A DNA stretch of 29,045 nt from Capsulimonadales bacterium (lineage in GTDB: Bacteria; Armatimonadota; Armatimonadia; Armatimonadales; Armatimonadaceae): NCBI GenBank assembly GCA_033762295.1, contig JANRLW010000108.1, forward strand, positions 1-29,045, given 5' to 3'. The stretch's first letter is position 1. Each line of letters begins with the position of its first letter. The notes beneath the pieces were generated by a model, which had not been told where the DNA came from, did no database searches, and saw nothing but the letters and a program-made list of their open reading frames with translations. This document shows positions 17,531 to 26,106 of this stretch, in pieces. Position numbers and translations under genes: made by a program.

Positions 17531-18453
17531 AGCGCGTCGGCAATCCGTTCCGCGAGTTCGGGCAGAGCGTCGCGAATCGTTCGAAGACGGTTCGGGTCGA
17601 AGAAAGGGAAGCGGTCAGCCTCGACCGTTTCCCCCCGGCGAAGGGCGTCGGCGATCCTCAGGGCGCGGATCACCTCGATGGCGTCCGTGGTTCCGGGCGG
17701 TCCGAACACGACATCCCCGAAATCCAGCACCAGATCGTGCAGCCGACGGGTGGCGGGCAGGTCGCCCCGGCTTGCCGCGTCGTACAGCGCGACGTACAAC
17801 CCCGGAAACAGATTCGCGCCGCCGGAAACGCCGCCCGATGCGCCAAACAGGACCGCCTCCGCCAGAAACCCTTCCGGACCGATAAAGATCGACCAGTCCG
17901 GACGATGGGTTCGGGCAAGGCGGACCGCGTAATGAAGGTATTCCATCCCGCCGGAACTGTCCTTGATGCCGAGGATGCGCGCGCACTCCATCAGTTGGGG
18001 GAGGAGGACGGGCGGAATCGGGCTGCCGGCCAGACCTGGAGGCAGGTTATACAGAAGGACCGGAAGCGGGGACCGCTCTGCGACGCCGGTCAGGTACGCC
18101 ACGTTTTCCCGCGCGGAGAGAGGCAGAAACAGGGGCGGGGTCACCACCACGGCAGCCGCGCCGGCGTCCGCGGCCTGACGGGCGAGATCCGTCGTGGCGT
18201 CGGGGGAACCGTCCATCGTTCCGACGACCACGGGGAGACGATCGGCGGCGGTCCGGCAGACCGTTCGGATCACCAGGGAACGGTCTGCCGGCGAAAGAAC
18301 CGGCCCTTCTCCGGTCGTGCCAAGAACGAAAAGGCCATGAACCCCTCCGGCGATAAGGTGTTCGGTCAATTCCTGCAGGGCATCGACCTGCGGACGGCCG
18401 TTTTCGTCCCGGGGTGTCAGGAGGGGCGGGACGATGCCGCGGAGCGTCATCAT
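17488..18453 (-). CDS. Dihydrodipicolinate synthase/N-acetylneuraminate lyase family aldolase or dehydratase (probably not true DapA)
   Basis: GIVPPLLTP, GTTGE, LYNLP, Schiff-base GIKDSS, GASGGVSG.ANLFP. Confidence 0.9.
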   Translation of the reverse strand: MMTLRGIVPPLLTPRDENGRPQVDALQELTEHLIAGGVHGLFVLGTTGEGPVLSPADRSLVIRTVCRTAADRLPVVVGTMDGSPDATTDLARQAADAGAAAVVVTPPLFLPLSARENVAYLTGVAERSPLPVLLYNLPPGLAGSPIPPVLLPQLMECARILGIKDSSGGMEYLHYAVRLARTHRPDWSIFIGPEGFLAEAVLFGASGGVSGGANLFPGLYVALYDAASRGDLPATRRLHDLVLDFGDVVFGPPGTTDAIEVIRALRIADALRRGETVEADRFPFFDPNRLRTIRDALPELAERIADALQTPEATGPSTARS

Positions 18454-18455
18454 GC

Positions 18456-19505
18456 CTAGGTCACCGAAAGCCGGGTCAGCAGGTCACTCATCGTTCGGGC
18501 CATCAACTCGACGGCGGCCATGGCGCGTCCGTAGTCCATCCGGGTCGGCCCGACCACCCCGATCCGCCCACGCTGTTCGTCGCCGATGTAGTAGGACGAC
18601 GAGACCAGGCTATATTCGGCGATTTCCGGGCGGCCCCACTCCTCGCCGATGCGTACCTGCACCGCGAAGTGCTGACCGGGAATGGAGACGGCCTGGCCGA
18701 GCATTTCGAGAACCGCGGCGCGTTCCTGGAGAGTGGATAGAAACTGGCTCAGTTTTTCCACCTCGCGGAACTCCGGCTGCGACAGGGCGGCGGTGGTTCC
18801 CTCGACGTACATCGGGCGTTCGTCGTGAATGCTCCGGGCGGCGGCGGCAATCTCGCCGGCGATCCGTTTCCAGATACCGGTGAACCCTTTCAACTCCGGC
18901 GGCGGCGGAACATCGCCCGGCGTCCGCAGTTCCGACAGGGTCCGTCGCCCGAACCGTTCGTTCAGCGCATTGGCCAGAATCAGGGCGTCGGACGCCGACA
19001 GGCGGGTATCGAGCAGAAGCCGGTTCTCGCTGCGTCCGGTGGAGAACAGCAGCACCATCAGCAGCTTGTCGTTTCCGGCGGCGGCGAGAAAGACCTGACG
19101 CAACTCCGTATCGGCGGCATCGGGCGAGGTGGCGACCGCCGGAAGCAGGGTCATGTCGGCGAGAAGCTGGCAGGTGCGACTGAGGATCGTGTCGAGTTCG
19201 GTCGAGGCCGACGCGATCGCGCTGCGGATTCGAACCGCTTCACCTTCCTGAATTACCGGGAGGGGCATCAGGCGATTGACGTAGAAGCGGTAGCCGCGAT
19301 CGGAGGGAACGCGTCCGGCGGACGTATGCGGCTGTCGCAGATAGCCGCGTTCGCTCATCTCCGCCATTTCGTTCCGGACGGTGGCGGATTTGACGCCGAG
19401 TCGGTAGCGTTCCACCAGCACGTGGGAGCCGACCGGTTCGGCGGTGGCGATGTAGTCCTGAACGATCGCCTGCAGTATTCGCTGTTTCCGAAGATCGAGT
19501 TCCAT
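18456..19505 (-). CDS. hrcA: Heat-inducible transcription repressor HrcA
   Basis: RKQRILQAIVQDYIATAEPVGS...SATVRNEMA...GYLRQPHTSAGRVPSDRGYRFYV; C-terminal GRIGVVGPTRMDY. Confidence 0.97.
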   Translation of the reverse strand: MELDLRKQRILQAIVQDYIATAEPVGSHVLVERYRLGVKSATVRNEMAEMSERGYLRQPHTSAGRVPSDRGYRFYVNRLMPLPVIQEGEAVRIRSAIASASTELDTILSRTCQLLADMTLLPAVATSPDAADTELRQVFLAAAGNDKLLMVLLFSTGRSENRLLLDTRLSASDALILANALNERFGRRTLSELRTPGDVPPPPELKGFTGIWKRIAGEIAAAARSIHDERPMYVEGTTAALSQPEFREVEKLSQFLSTLQERAAVLEMLGQAVSIPGQHFAVQVRIGEEWGRPEIAEYSLVSSSYYIGDEQRGRIGVVGPTRMDYGRAMAAVELMARTMSDLLTRLSVT

Positions 19506-19601
19506 GAAACGGGTACGTCTCCTGTCCGATGGTTAGACGATGGTGGGGAGACAAATGTTTGCCCCATGCGTCAGTTCCTCAGGAGCGGCACTGCATGAAA
19601 A

Positions 19602-19630
19602 ATTATAAAGGAACGGAGCATTCCTGTCAA
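19602..19630 (-). promoter_or_regulatory. Perfect-consensus sigma70 promoter of hrcA
   Basis: Minus strand TTGACA GGAATGCTCCGTTCCTT TATAAT (17-nt spacer). Confidence 0.88.
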
Positions 19631-19651
19631 ACGGAAGGTGCGCCGACGTAT

Positions 19652-19693
19652 CAAAAAAGCGAACGGAGGCTGAAAACAGCCTCCGTCCGCTTT
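19652..19693 (-). terminator. Rho-independent terminator of the pilin-lipoprotein unit
   Basis: Minus strand AAAGCGGACGGAGGCTG-TTTT-CAGCCTCCGTTCGC followed by TTTTTT. Confidence 0.85.
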
Positions 19694-19705
19694 GGACCGA
19701 CCGAA

Positions 19706-19894
19706 CTATTCCGGCTTGGCCGCCGGAACCGTCGCCGGTTCGCTTTTGACCGGCGCCCCGCCCGGTTCCGCCGTCTTCAGGCCCGCCGCGGCAGCGCCGG
19801 GCGGCGGAGACGGATTGTTCTCCGGAGGGGGGTCGCCGCAGCCGGCCAGGGCCAGGCAGACCAGGAGGACGAGACCGAAAAGGAGTCTGGACAT
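19706..19894 (-). CDS. Small Pro/Ala-rich lipoprotein
   Basis: 62 aa; signal peptide II with lipobox LAG-C; AGGA RBS; 12 nt after the pilin-like gene. Confidence 0.8.
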   Translation of the reverse strand: MSRLLFGLVLLVCLALAGCGDPPPENNPSPPPGAAAAGLKTAEPGGAPVKSEPATVPAAKPE

Positions 19895-19906
19895 GAGTGC
19901 GTTCCT

Positions 19907-20767
19907 TTACGGGTTGATGACCGGGCCGTAGAAGTAGTACCAGGTGGCGCACCATCCGGTGGTCGCGGTATTCGCGACCCAGAGTGAGGTCGGAAGCCCG
20001 TTGGCATCCAGCGCCGCCCACGGCGAGCTCGAACCCGGATTGACCACGTACTTCACGTGGCCGTCGGTGTAGGTGTAGTTGGTGCCGCGATTATGCACCC
20101 ACCAGGACCGGTTGTAGTTGAAGTTGAAGCCGTAGCGTCCGGTCGCCGTGGAGCAGTCACCCGAGGCCGAACCGGGGTTGAACTGCGTCTGCGCCGCGCC
20201 GGTGTCGCTCAGCAGCAGCGGGAAGACGTTGCCGAAGCGCGGCATGGTGCCCTTGCCGAGACCCTCGGAGATCATGATGACGCTGGCCGGAGCCTGGGTG
20301 CCGGCGAGAGCCCATGCGCCGAGGTAGCCGTTGAAGGTATACGAGAACTTGATCCCGTTCGTCTGGGCGGAGGTGACGCCGAAAACGTCGCTGCGCTCAT
20401 CCACGGCGGTCGGGCAGGTGAAGACCTGCCAGTTCTTGATATACGGAGAGACGGCGTTGGTCCAGAACGCTTTGCGTCGGTTGTAGCCCAATTCCGAGGA
20501 GGCGGTCGCGTCCCACGGGGTGGTGAAGGAGGCGACGACGTTATCCGGGTGAGCGATCGGGTACTTCTCATCGTAATCCTGAACATACATCAGGATGCCG
20601 GTACCCAGCTGCTTCATATTGGACAGACACGTGGCCTGACGGGCCTTTTCACGGGCCTGAGCGAAGACCGGAAAGAGGATGGCGGCGAGAATGGCGATGA
20701 TGGCGATAACGACCAGGAGCTCGATCAGAGTGAAGCCCGCCAGAGAGCGGTTGCGATTGCGAGACAT
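19907..20767 (-). CDS. DUF1559 prepilin-type N-terminal cleavage/methylation protein with H-X9-DG C-terminal motif
   Basis: [76 protein letters not shown]. Confidence 0.95.
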   Translation of the reverse strand: MSRNRNRSLAGFTLIELLVVIAIIAILAAILFPVFAQAREKARQATCLSNMKQLGTGILMYVQDYDEKYPIAHPDNVVASFTTPWDATASSELGYNRRKAFWTNAVSPYIKNWQVFTCPTAVDERSDVFGVTSAQTNGIKFSYTFNGYLGAWALAGTQAPASVIMISEGLGKGTMPRFGNVFPLLLSDTGAAQTQFNPGSASGDCSTATGRYGFNFNYNRSWWVHNRGTNYTYTDGHVKYVVNPGSSSPWAALDANGLPTSLWVANTATTGWCATWYYFYGPVINP

Positions 20768-20900
20768 TACAAAGCACTCCTAACTACGATTGATTCGGTG
20801 CCGATAATAATTCAGCAATAGTGCGGTGTGTAATTTACCTGATCTCATCCGCGACAAAGGGATTTAACAGTGTCTTAATGTTTCTTGCCCTGTTGGGGAT

Positions 20901-20930
20901 AGTTTTAACCTGATTTCCTCCGCTTGTCAA
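20901..20930 (-). promoter_or_regulatory. Candidate sigma70 promoter of the pilin-like gene
   Basis: Minus strand TTGACA-N17-TAAAACT in an AT-rich intergenic region. Confidence 0.55.
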
Positions 20931-20936
20931 GCCGTT

Positions 20937-20952
20937 TGCGAAAACGATTGCA
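20937..20952. promoter_or_regulatory. LacI/GalR-type operator-like site
   Basis: TGCGAAAACGATTGCA with central CG, 6 nt upstream of the -35. Confidence 0.5.
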
Positions 20953-20960
20953 CGATAATT

Positions 20961-21025
20961 GAAAAAACAGAGATCGTCCGCGTGCCTGACGAGAGGAAAA
21001 CTCCGGGCAGGGGGACGATCTCTGT
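20961..21025 (-). terminator. Long-stem Rho-independent terminator of the oxidoreductase gene
   Basis: Perfect 13-bp inverted repeat ACAGAGATCGTCC (20967-20979) / GGACGATCTCTGT (21013-21025) with an inner stem; T-tract on minus strand. Confidence 0.8.
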
Positions 21026-21069
21026 GAAAAACCTGAAAAAACAGGTGAAGCTACCGGGTAAAACGGTCG

Positions 21070-22161
21070 TCAGTCGATGGCGACTTCCTTACCGGCGTCG
21101 GCGGCGGCGTAGATGCCGTCGAGCATTTTCTGCACCATGACGCCATGTTCCGCCGGAGCCTCGTTCGGACGTCCGTCGCGAACGACTTCGACGAAATGCC
21201 GCATCTTATACTCCCACATATCCCATTTCGGGATGAACGCCGGCGTGGCATTGACCATGTAGGTGTTATAGTCGGTAAAGGTTTCGGACGTATTCCAGAT
21301 AACGCCGCCCTTTTCACCGAAAATCTGGATGTTAAAAACATCTTCCTTAATGTGGGCGACAAAGGAAGACTCCAGGGTCAGCATCGCCCCGGTTTCGAAG
21401 CGGATCATGCCGACCGCCAGATCCTCGACCGTATAGGTTTCGTGGTCCCAGTTCGGCCAGGTCGACTTGACATCCGATTTGGTATTGCCGAGGTAGGTGA
21501 AGGTGTTTCCGGTAGCGGTGACCGGGCGCGGGGTGCCGATCAGCGAGTGCGCCGTTTCCAGGATATGGACGCCGATATCGATCATCGGACCGCCGCCCTG
21601 CAGCTCCTTGCGGCCGAAAACGCCCCAGTTCGGGATGCCACGGCGGCGAAGGGCCTGGGCGCGCACGTAGAGCACTTTGCCGATCGCGCCGGATTCGATC
21701 AGATCGCGAACATACTTGGAGCGGGGTTCATACCGGTGCTGAAAACCGATAATGAACTCGACCCCGTTCGCCTTCGCCGCGGCGGCCATCTCCTGCGCCT
21801 CTTTGGCGTTCATCGCCATCGGTTTCTCGCAGAGAACATGCTTGCCGGCGTTCATCGCGGCGATCGCGGCGGGGGCATGGACGCCGTTCGGAGTCGCCAC
21901 CGAGATCGCATCCACCGCGTCACCGACCTCCTGAAGCATCTCGTTGTAATCGGTGTAGAGCAGTTCGACCCCGTGCGCCGCCCGCATATGGTCGAGGGCG
22001 GTCTGACGGATATCCGCGCCGCAGACGATGGAAACGCCGGGAAATTTCTTGAAATAGCCGATGTGGGTTTGCGCAATCCCGCCGCAGCCGATGATTCCAA
22101 CCCTCAGCGCTTTGACCTCGGCTTCGTCGCCCTCGGGGACGACACTTACTGCTGTATCCAT
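21070..22161 (-). CDS. Gfo/Idh/MocA family NAD(P)-dependent oxidoreductase
   Basis: VGIIGCGGIA Rossmann motif, VATPN..H, GKHVLCEKPMA, GGGPMIDIGVH; ATG 22161 with GAAGGA RBS preferred over 22329. Confidence 0.95.
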   Translation of the reverse strand: MDTAVSVVPEGDEAEVKALRVGIIGCGGIAQTHIGYFKKFPGVSIVCGADIRQTALDHMRAAHGVELLYTDYNEMLQEVGDAVDAISVATPNGVHAPAAIAAMNAGKHVLCEKPMAMNAKEAQEMAAAAKANGVEFIIGFQHRYEPRSKYVRDLIESGAIGKVLYVRAQALRRRGIPNWGVFGRKELQGGGPMIDIGVHILETAHSLIGTPRPVTATGNTFTYLGNTKSDVKSTWPNWDHETYTVEDLAVGMIRFETGAMLTLESSFVAHIKEDVFNIQIFGEKGGVIWNTSETFTDYNTYMVNATPAFIPKWDMWEYKMRHFVEVVRDGRPNEAPAEHGVMVQKMLDGIYAAADAGKEVAID

Positions 22162-22331
22162 GAAAACCTGTCCTTCAACATAATGATGGGACGGTACGGC
22201 GATTCCCGCAGACCGGCCCTGTTCCCCAACGTTATACACCGGAACGGCCAAGTCCTGCCGTTCAACGGGATTTCCGGAGATTTCCGGGCGTACGCAGGGT
22301 AAAATCGGAAAAAACGGGACGGTGGGCAACC

Positions 22332-22655
22332 ATGTGGAACGTGCGAATGAACCTTCTGGAGGCGGAAGCGGTCGAAGAGATGAACGAGGCGACCGGCGTC
22401 ATCTCCGAGGCGGGCGGCGGTGGGACGGAACGCTACCTCTGGCTCCGGTCGATTTTCGCGGCCGGCCGGTCCGTCGGACGGCAGGAAACGATGGCGCTGG
22501 CCCGGGTCCCGGCCGTCGGCGAGTATGTCTGCCTTCCGCTGGAGGAGGATGTCTGGTACCGGGTCGAGGCGGTGCTGCATACTCCCGGACAGGCGACCCA
22601 CGTCGCCGAAATCTGGGCGTTCGAGGGCGCAGCCGACGACGTTGCCCCGGAATGA
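22332..22655 (+). CDS. Hypothetical small acidic protein
   Basis: 107 aa; protein-like C-terminal half (RVPAVGEYVCL...WYRVEAVLHTP); start uncertain. Confidence 0.6.
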   Translation: MWNVRMNLLEAEAVEEMNEATGVISEAGGGGTERYLWLRSIFAAGRSVGRQETMALARVPAVGEYVCLPLEEDVWYRVEAVLHTPGQATHVAEIWAFEGAADDVAPE

Positions 22656-22752
22656 CCGTTCCTTTCGCGCCCGGATCGACGGCGAGTGCCGTCGGAATCC
22701 CGATTTTCGGCCGGTTTGGTCGCCGTTTGAGGACTTTGCTCGAAATCTTGCC

Positions 22753-22780
22753 TTGACACGGGACCAAAAGGAGATATAAT
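22753..22780 (+). promoter_or_regulatory. Consensus sigma70 promoter of the LacI-pilin-GH144 operon
   Basis: TTGACA-N16-TATAAT. Confidence 0.85.
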
Positions 22781-22796
22781 TCAGCCAACGGCGGGG

Positions 22797-22807
22797 TTAA
22801 CCGTTAA
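22797..22807. promoter_or_regulatory. Palindromic operator candidate for the adjacent LacI repressor
   Basis: TTAAC-C-GTTAA perfect palindrome just downstream of the predicted TSS. Confidence 0.6.
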
Positions 22808-22852
22808 AGCATAAACGGTGTCCGGGAGCCGTTTCGGAGAAAAGCTTCAAGG

Positions 22853-23917
22853 ATGAGCAGGCGAGGCGTCACATTACAGGACATAGCGGTCCGCACCGGG
22901 GTTTCCAAAGTCACGGTGTCCTATATTCTCAACGGACGAGAAACCAAGGTGCGTATCAGCGATTCGACCCGCACACGCGTCCTGGCCGCCGCCCGTGAGA
23001 TGGGCTATCATCCCAACGCGCTCGCTCGCGCCCTCGTTCGCCGCTGTACCGACACGGTCACCCTGGTCATGCAGTTCCCCGGGGTTTTCTCCGGCGGGAC
23101 GGGCTTCATTTTCGAACTTCTGCACGGGGTTACCGAGGCGGCCAACCGCACCGGCTACGACCTGATGCTGCACACCAAGGCGCTGCCCGGCGTCACCGAG
23201 GAGGTGGGCGCGCTGACCGACGGACGCGCGGACGGTGTCCTCCTCTTGCGCGACCTGGGTGACCCGCTGATCGCCGAACTGGCGGCGCGACACTTCCCCG
23301 CCGTCTGCCTGTTCTCCCGGACCGACGAACCCGATGCCTGCTTCGTGGACTGTGATAACGTCTCGGGGGGGCGACTGGTTGCGGAGCACCTGCTGGAACT
23401 CGGTCATCGCCGCCTCTGCTTCGTCGGCGGGTCCTCGTCGTCGTCCGCCGTCCAGGACCGCTGGCAGGGACTTTTCGAAGTGGCGACGCCGGCGGGAGCG
23501 GAAGTGACGCGGTGTACCGTATACCATGCCAACGGGGATTTCACACCCTTGCGGGAGATTATGCAACGAAAGGATGCGCCGACCGCCATCTTCGTCTGGA
23601 GTGACGATGTCGCGGTCAGCACGATGAACCGACTTCGGGAATGGGGGTTCCGGGTCCCGGAGGAGGTGTCGGTGGTCGGATTCGACGGTCTGGAGTCGCT
23701 GTGCGAGCGCAGCGTTCCGCGATTGACCAGTGTTCGCCAGCCGATTTATGAGATTGCGGAGCAGGCCATGCGCCTGCTGGTTGCCCGTATTCGACAGGAA
23801 GAGGGCATCGAAACGCAAATTCTCCTGTCACCGGAACTGATACGGCGCGATTCCTGTGCGCCGGTAATATCGTCAATATCGTCTCAACACTCTACCTCCT
23901 ATGGAAGGAACCAATGA
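22853..23917 (+). CDS. LacI family transcriptional regulator
   Basis: [23 protein letters not shown]...[56 protein letters not shown]. Confidence 0.96.
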   Translation: MSRRGVTLQDIAVRTGVSKVTVSYILNGRETKVRISDSTRTRVLAAAREMGYHPNALARALVRRCTDTVTLVMQFPGVFSGGTGFIFELLHGVTEAANRTGYDLMLHTKALPGVTEEVGALTDGRADGVLLLRDLGDPLIAELAARHFPAVCLFSRTDEPDACFVDCDNVSGGRLVAEHLLELGHRRLCFVGGSSSSSAVQDRWQGLFEVATPAGAEVTRCTVYHANGDFTPLREIMQRKDAPTAIFVWSDDVAVSTMNRLREWGFRVPEEVSVVGFDGLESLCERSVPRLTSVRQPIYEIAEQAMRLLVARIRQEEGIETQILLSPELIRRDSCAPVISSISSQHSTSYGRNQ

Positions 23918-24774
23918 TGTCCCGTTCCCAAGTTCGAGCTTTTACGCTGATTGAACTGCTCGTCGTCATCGCCATTATCGCCATTCTGGCAGCCATCCTG
24001 TTCCCGGTCTTCGCCCAGGCCCGTGAAAAGGCTCGTCAGATTTCCTGTCTGTCCAACATGAAGCAGATCGGTACCGCGCTCATGATGTACAACCAGGACT
24101 ATGACGAACTCTTCCCGCTTCGCTACGGCGGCAATTGTGACGGCACCAACGCCGCACTGCCGAACGACTGCGTCCTGACCATGGACAACACCGGTCGATA
24201 CGTTCAGCGCAACTGGAAGCATATGCTCTTCCCCTATATCAAGAACCGCGATGTCTTCAAGTGTCCGAGCAACCCGACCGCGCAGAGGCCGGATACCTGG
24301 GGCAATGCGAACGGGATCCAGGAGGGCGAATTCGCCGGCGGTTACGCGATGTATCTGCCGGATAACTGGATCGCCAGCCGTGTCGGACGCGGTATGGCCT
24401 ACCCGCAGCCGATCGCCGGCGTCGAGGAACCGGCCAACGCGCTGATCATCGTCGAGCACAGCTACCGCTGGCCCGACACCGGAACCTACCTTGGCTATGT
24501 CGAACCGGCTCCGAGCAACGATCCGGCGATCACTCCGGGACCGTCGACCTGGAACTCCGGCCACAACAAGAAGAAGAGCAACATCGTCTTCATGGACGGC
24601 CATGCCAAGTACACGAGCCTCCGAGCGACCTATGGTCCGCAGTTCGACGATCCGAACTCCACCCAGCTCAGCATGTGGCGCTACTCCCGCCGCGAAGTCG
24701 ATGCTCATCCGGACGGCATCTCCTGGCTGTACACCCTGTACACCGACCTGAAGAACTACCCGGGCGAGAACTAA
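23914..24774 (+). CDS. DUF1559 prepilin-type N-terminal cleavage/methylation protein (H-X10-DG C-terminal motif)
   Basis: [76 protein letters not shown] overlap with lacI. Confidence 0.95.
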   Translation: MMSRSQVRAFTLIELLVVIAIIAILAAILFPVFAQAREKARQISCLSNMKQIGTALMMYNQDYDELFPLRYGGNCDGTNAALPNDCVLTMDNTGRYVQRNWKHMLFPYIKNRDVFKCPSNPTAQRPDTWGNANGIQEGEFAGGYAMYLPDNWIASRVGRGMAYPQPIAGVEEPANALIIVEHSYRWPDTGTYLGYVEPAPSNDPAITPGPSTWNSGHNKKKSNIVFMDGHAKYTSLRATYGPQFDDPNSTQLSMWRYSRREVDAHPDGISWLYTLYTDLKNYPGEN

Positions 24775-24782
24775 TCCCGTCG

Positions 24783-24813
24783 ATCCCTCCTGCGGTCCTC
24801 CCGCAGGAGGGAT
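24783..24813 (+). other. Intra-operon 13-bp perfect hairpin (mRNA stabiliser/attenuator) after the pilin-like gene
   Basis: ATCCCTCCTGCGG-TCCTC-CCGCAGGAGGGAT; the 3' arm contains AGGAGG. Confidence 0.7.
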
Positions 24814-24825
24814 TTCTCCGATTCC

Positions 24826-26076
24826 ATGCAAACCAGTATCACCGTACCGGAACCGAAGGCGATCACCCCGGACGCGCTTTTTGATAACGTCGCGCACCGC
24901 GCCGTCGCGTTCTTCTACAACGAATCCCATCCCGACACCGGGCTGACCAAGGACCGGGCGAAAAACCCCGCCCATCTCAAGGATGAGTACACGGTCGCCT
25001 CCATCGCCGCCACCGGCTACGCCCTTTCCGCTCTCTGCATCGGCGCGGAACGAAAGTGGCTATCGCGAAGCGACGCCGAAGCGCGCGCGCGTCGTACTCT
25101 GCGTTTCATCTATGACAGCCTCCCGGTCGTGCACGGGTTCCATTACCATTTCGTCGATTGGCGGGATGGAAAACGCGTCTGGAACTGCGAACTCTCCTCG
25201 ATCGATTCGACCCTTCTGGTCAAGGGAGCGCTGGTCGCCGGACGGTATTTCGAAGGCGAGTGCGCGCGTCTGGCGGATTCGATCTACGCCCGGATGGACT
25301 GGCGCTGGATGCAGAACCGGAAGCCGGGCGATCCCGTCGATACTTTGCTGTCCATGGGATGGAAACCCGAATCCGGGTTTCTCGACGGGCGCTGGGCGCG
25401 TTACGACGAGGCATCCTATCTTTACCTGATGGCGATGGGCGCGCCGCGACATTCCCTCCCGCCGTCGGTCTGGGATAAGTGGGAGGTCGGAGAAACCACC
25501 CTCGAAGGGTTCAAAATCCTCGGGCGGCCCGGCCCCCTTTTCTTCGTCCAGATGACCCCCGCCTACTTCGACCTGCGCGGCAAAAAGGACCGACTCGGAC
25601 GCGACTGGTGGAAAAACTTCGAGAACACCCATCGAGCCAATCATCGTTACTGCGCCCGGAACGCCGGTAGGTTCAAGACGTACAGCGATGTGATCTGGGG
25701 AATCACTGCCTGCGACCAGCCGCCGAACAAGCCGGGGGAGGGGAACGGATACGGCGCGGACGAACCGGTCGACGGACGGAACCGGGGAACCGTCGCCCCC
25801 ACCGCCGCCCTGGCCGGTATTCTCTTCGTTCCGGAGATCTCCCGGCGAACCGTGGTCGCCCTGTATTCACAGTACCGGGAGAAAATATGGGGGCGTTACG
25901 GATTCGCCAACGCCTTCAACGTCGATAAGGACTGGTACGATACCGATGTTCTCGGCATCGACCTGGGCATGATGCTGCTCGCCATCGAAAATTCGCGATC
26001 CGGCCTGATCCGGAAACTGATGCACAGCCACCCGGCGGCTCGGAAGGGTTTGAGCGCCGCCGGATTTCGCGTTTGA
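24826..26076 (+). CDS. Glycoamylase-like (PF10091) glycoside hydrolase, GH144-type endo-beta-1,2-glucanase; no signal peptide
   Basis: TGLTKDRA, SIAATGYAL, HGFHYHF, ELSSIDSTLL..G, MDWRW, YDE..YLY.MA.G, GPLF..Q, WGITAC, GTVAPTAA, WGRYGFANAFN, LGIDLG..LLAIENSRSG. Confidence 0.88.
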   Translation: MQTSITVPEPKAITPDALFDNVAHRAVAFFYNESHPDTGLTKDRAKNPAHLKDEYTVASIAATGYALSALCIGAERKWLSRSDAEARARRTLRFIYDSLPVVHGFHYHFVDWRDGKRVWNCELSSIDSTLLVKGALVAGRYFEGECARLADSIYARMDWRWMQNRKPGDPVDTLLSMGWKPESGFLDGRWARYDEASYLYLMAMGAPRHSLPPSVWDKWEVGETTLEGFKILGRPGPLFFVQMTPAYFDLRGKKDRLGRDWWKNFENTHRANHRYCARNAGRFKTYSDVIWGITACDQPPNKPGEGNGYGADEPVDGRNRGTVAPTAALAGILFVPEISRRTVVALYSQYREKIWGRYGFANAFNVDKDWYDTDVLGIDLGMMLLAIENSRSGLIRKLMHSHPAARKGLSAAGFRV

Positions 26077-26100
26077 CGGAACTGACGGAACTGACGGAGA
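26074..26100 (+). repeat. 9-bp tandem repeat x3 (TGACGGAAC, TGACGGAAC, TGACGGAGA)
   Basis: Read directly; begins at the GH stop codon and ends in the RBS of the next gene. Confidence 0.85.
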
Positions 26101-26106
26101 ACCTGG

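Noticed and set aside
17488..18453. Assigning the gene symbol dapA
   Set aside because: It lacks the PYY motif and has no lysine-biosynthesis context.
19560..19600. Possible known riboswitch (SAH or c-di-GMP-like words such as GGCAAAC and AGGAGCG) near hrcA
   Set aside because: Only short fragments match and the rest of each consensus is absent; an Rfam/Infernal scan would settle it.
20057..20821. 254-aa plus-strand ORF (likewise 23899-24975 on minus)
   Set aside because: Antisense shadows of the DUF1559 genes, expected from high-GC codon bias.
21145..22302. 385-aa plus-strand ORF
   Set aside because: Antisense to the clear Gfo/Idh/MocA gene; no recognisable motifs.
26074..26100. Mini-CRISPR interpretation of the tandem repeat
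   Set aside because: 9-bp units with no spacers, and no cas genes in the window.
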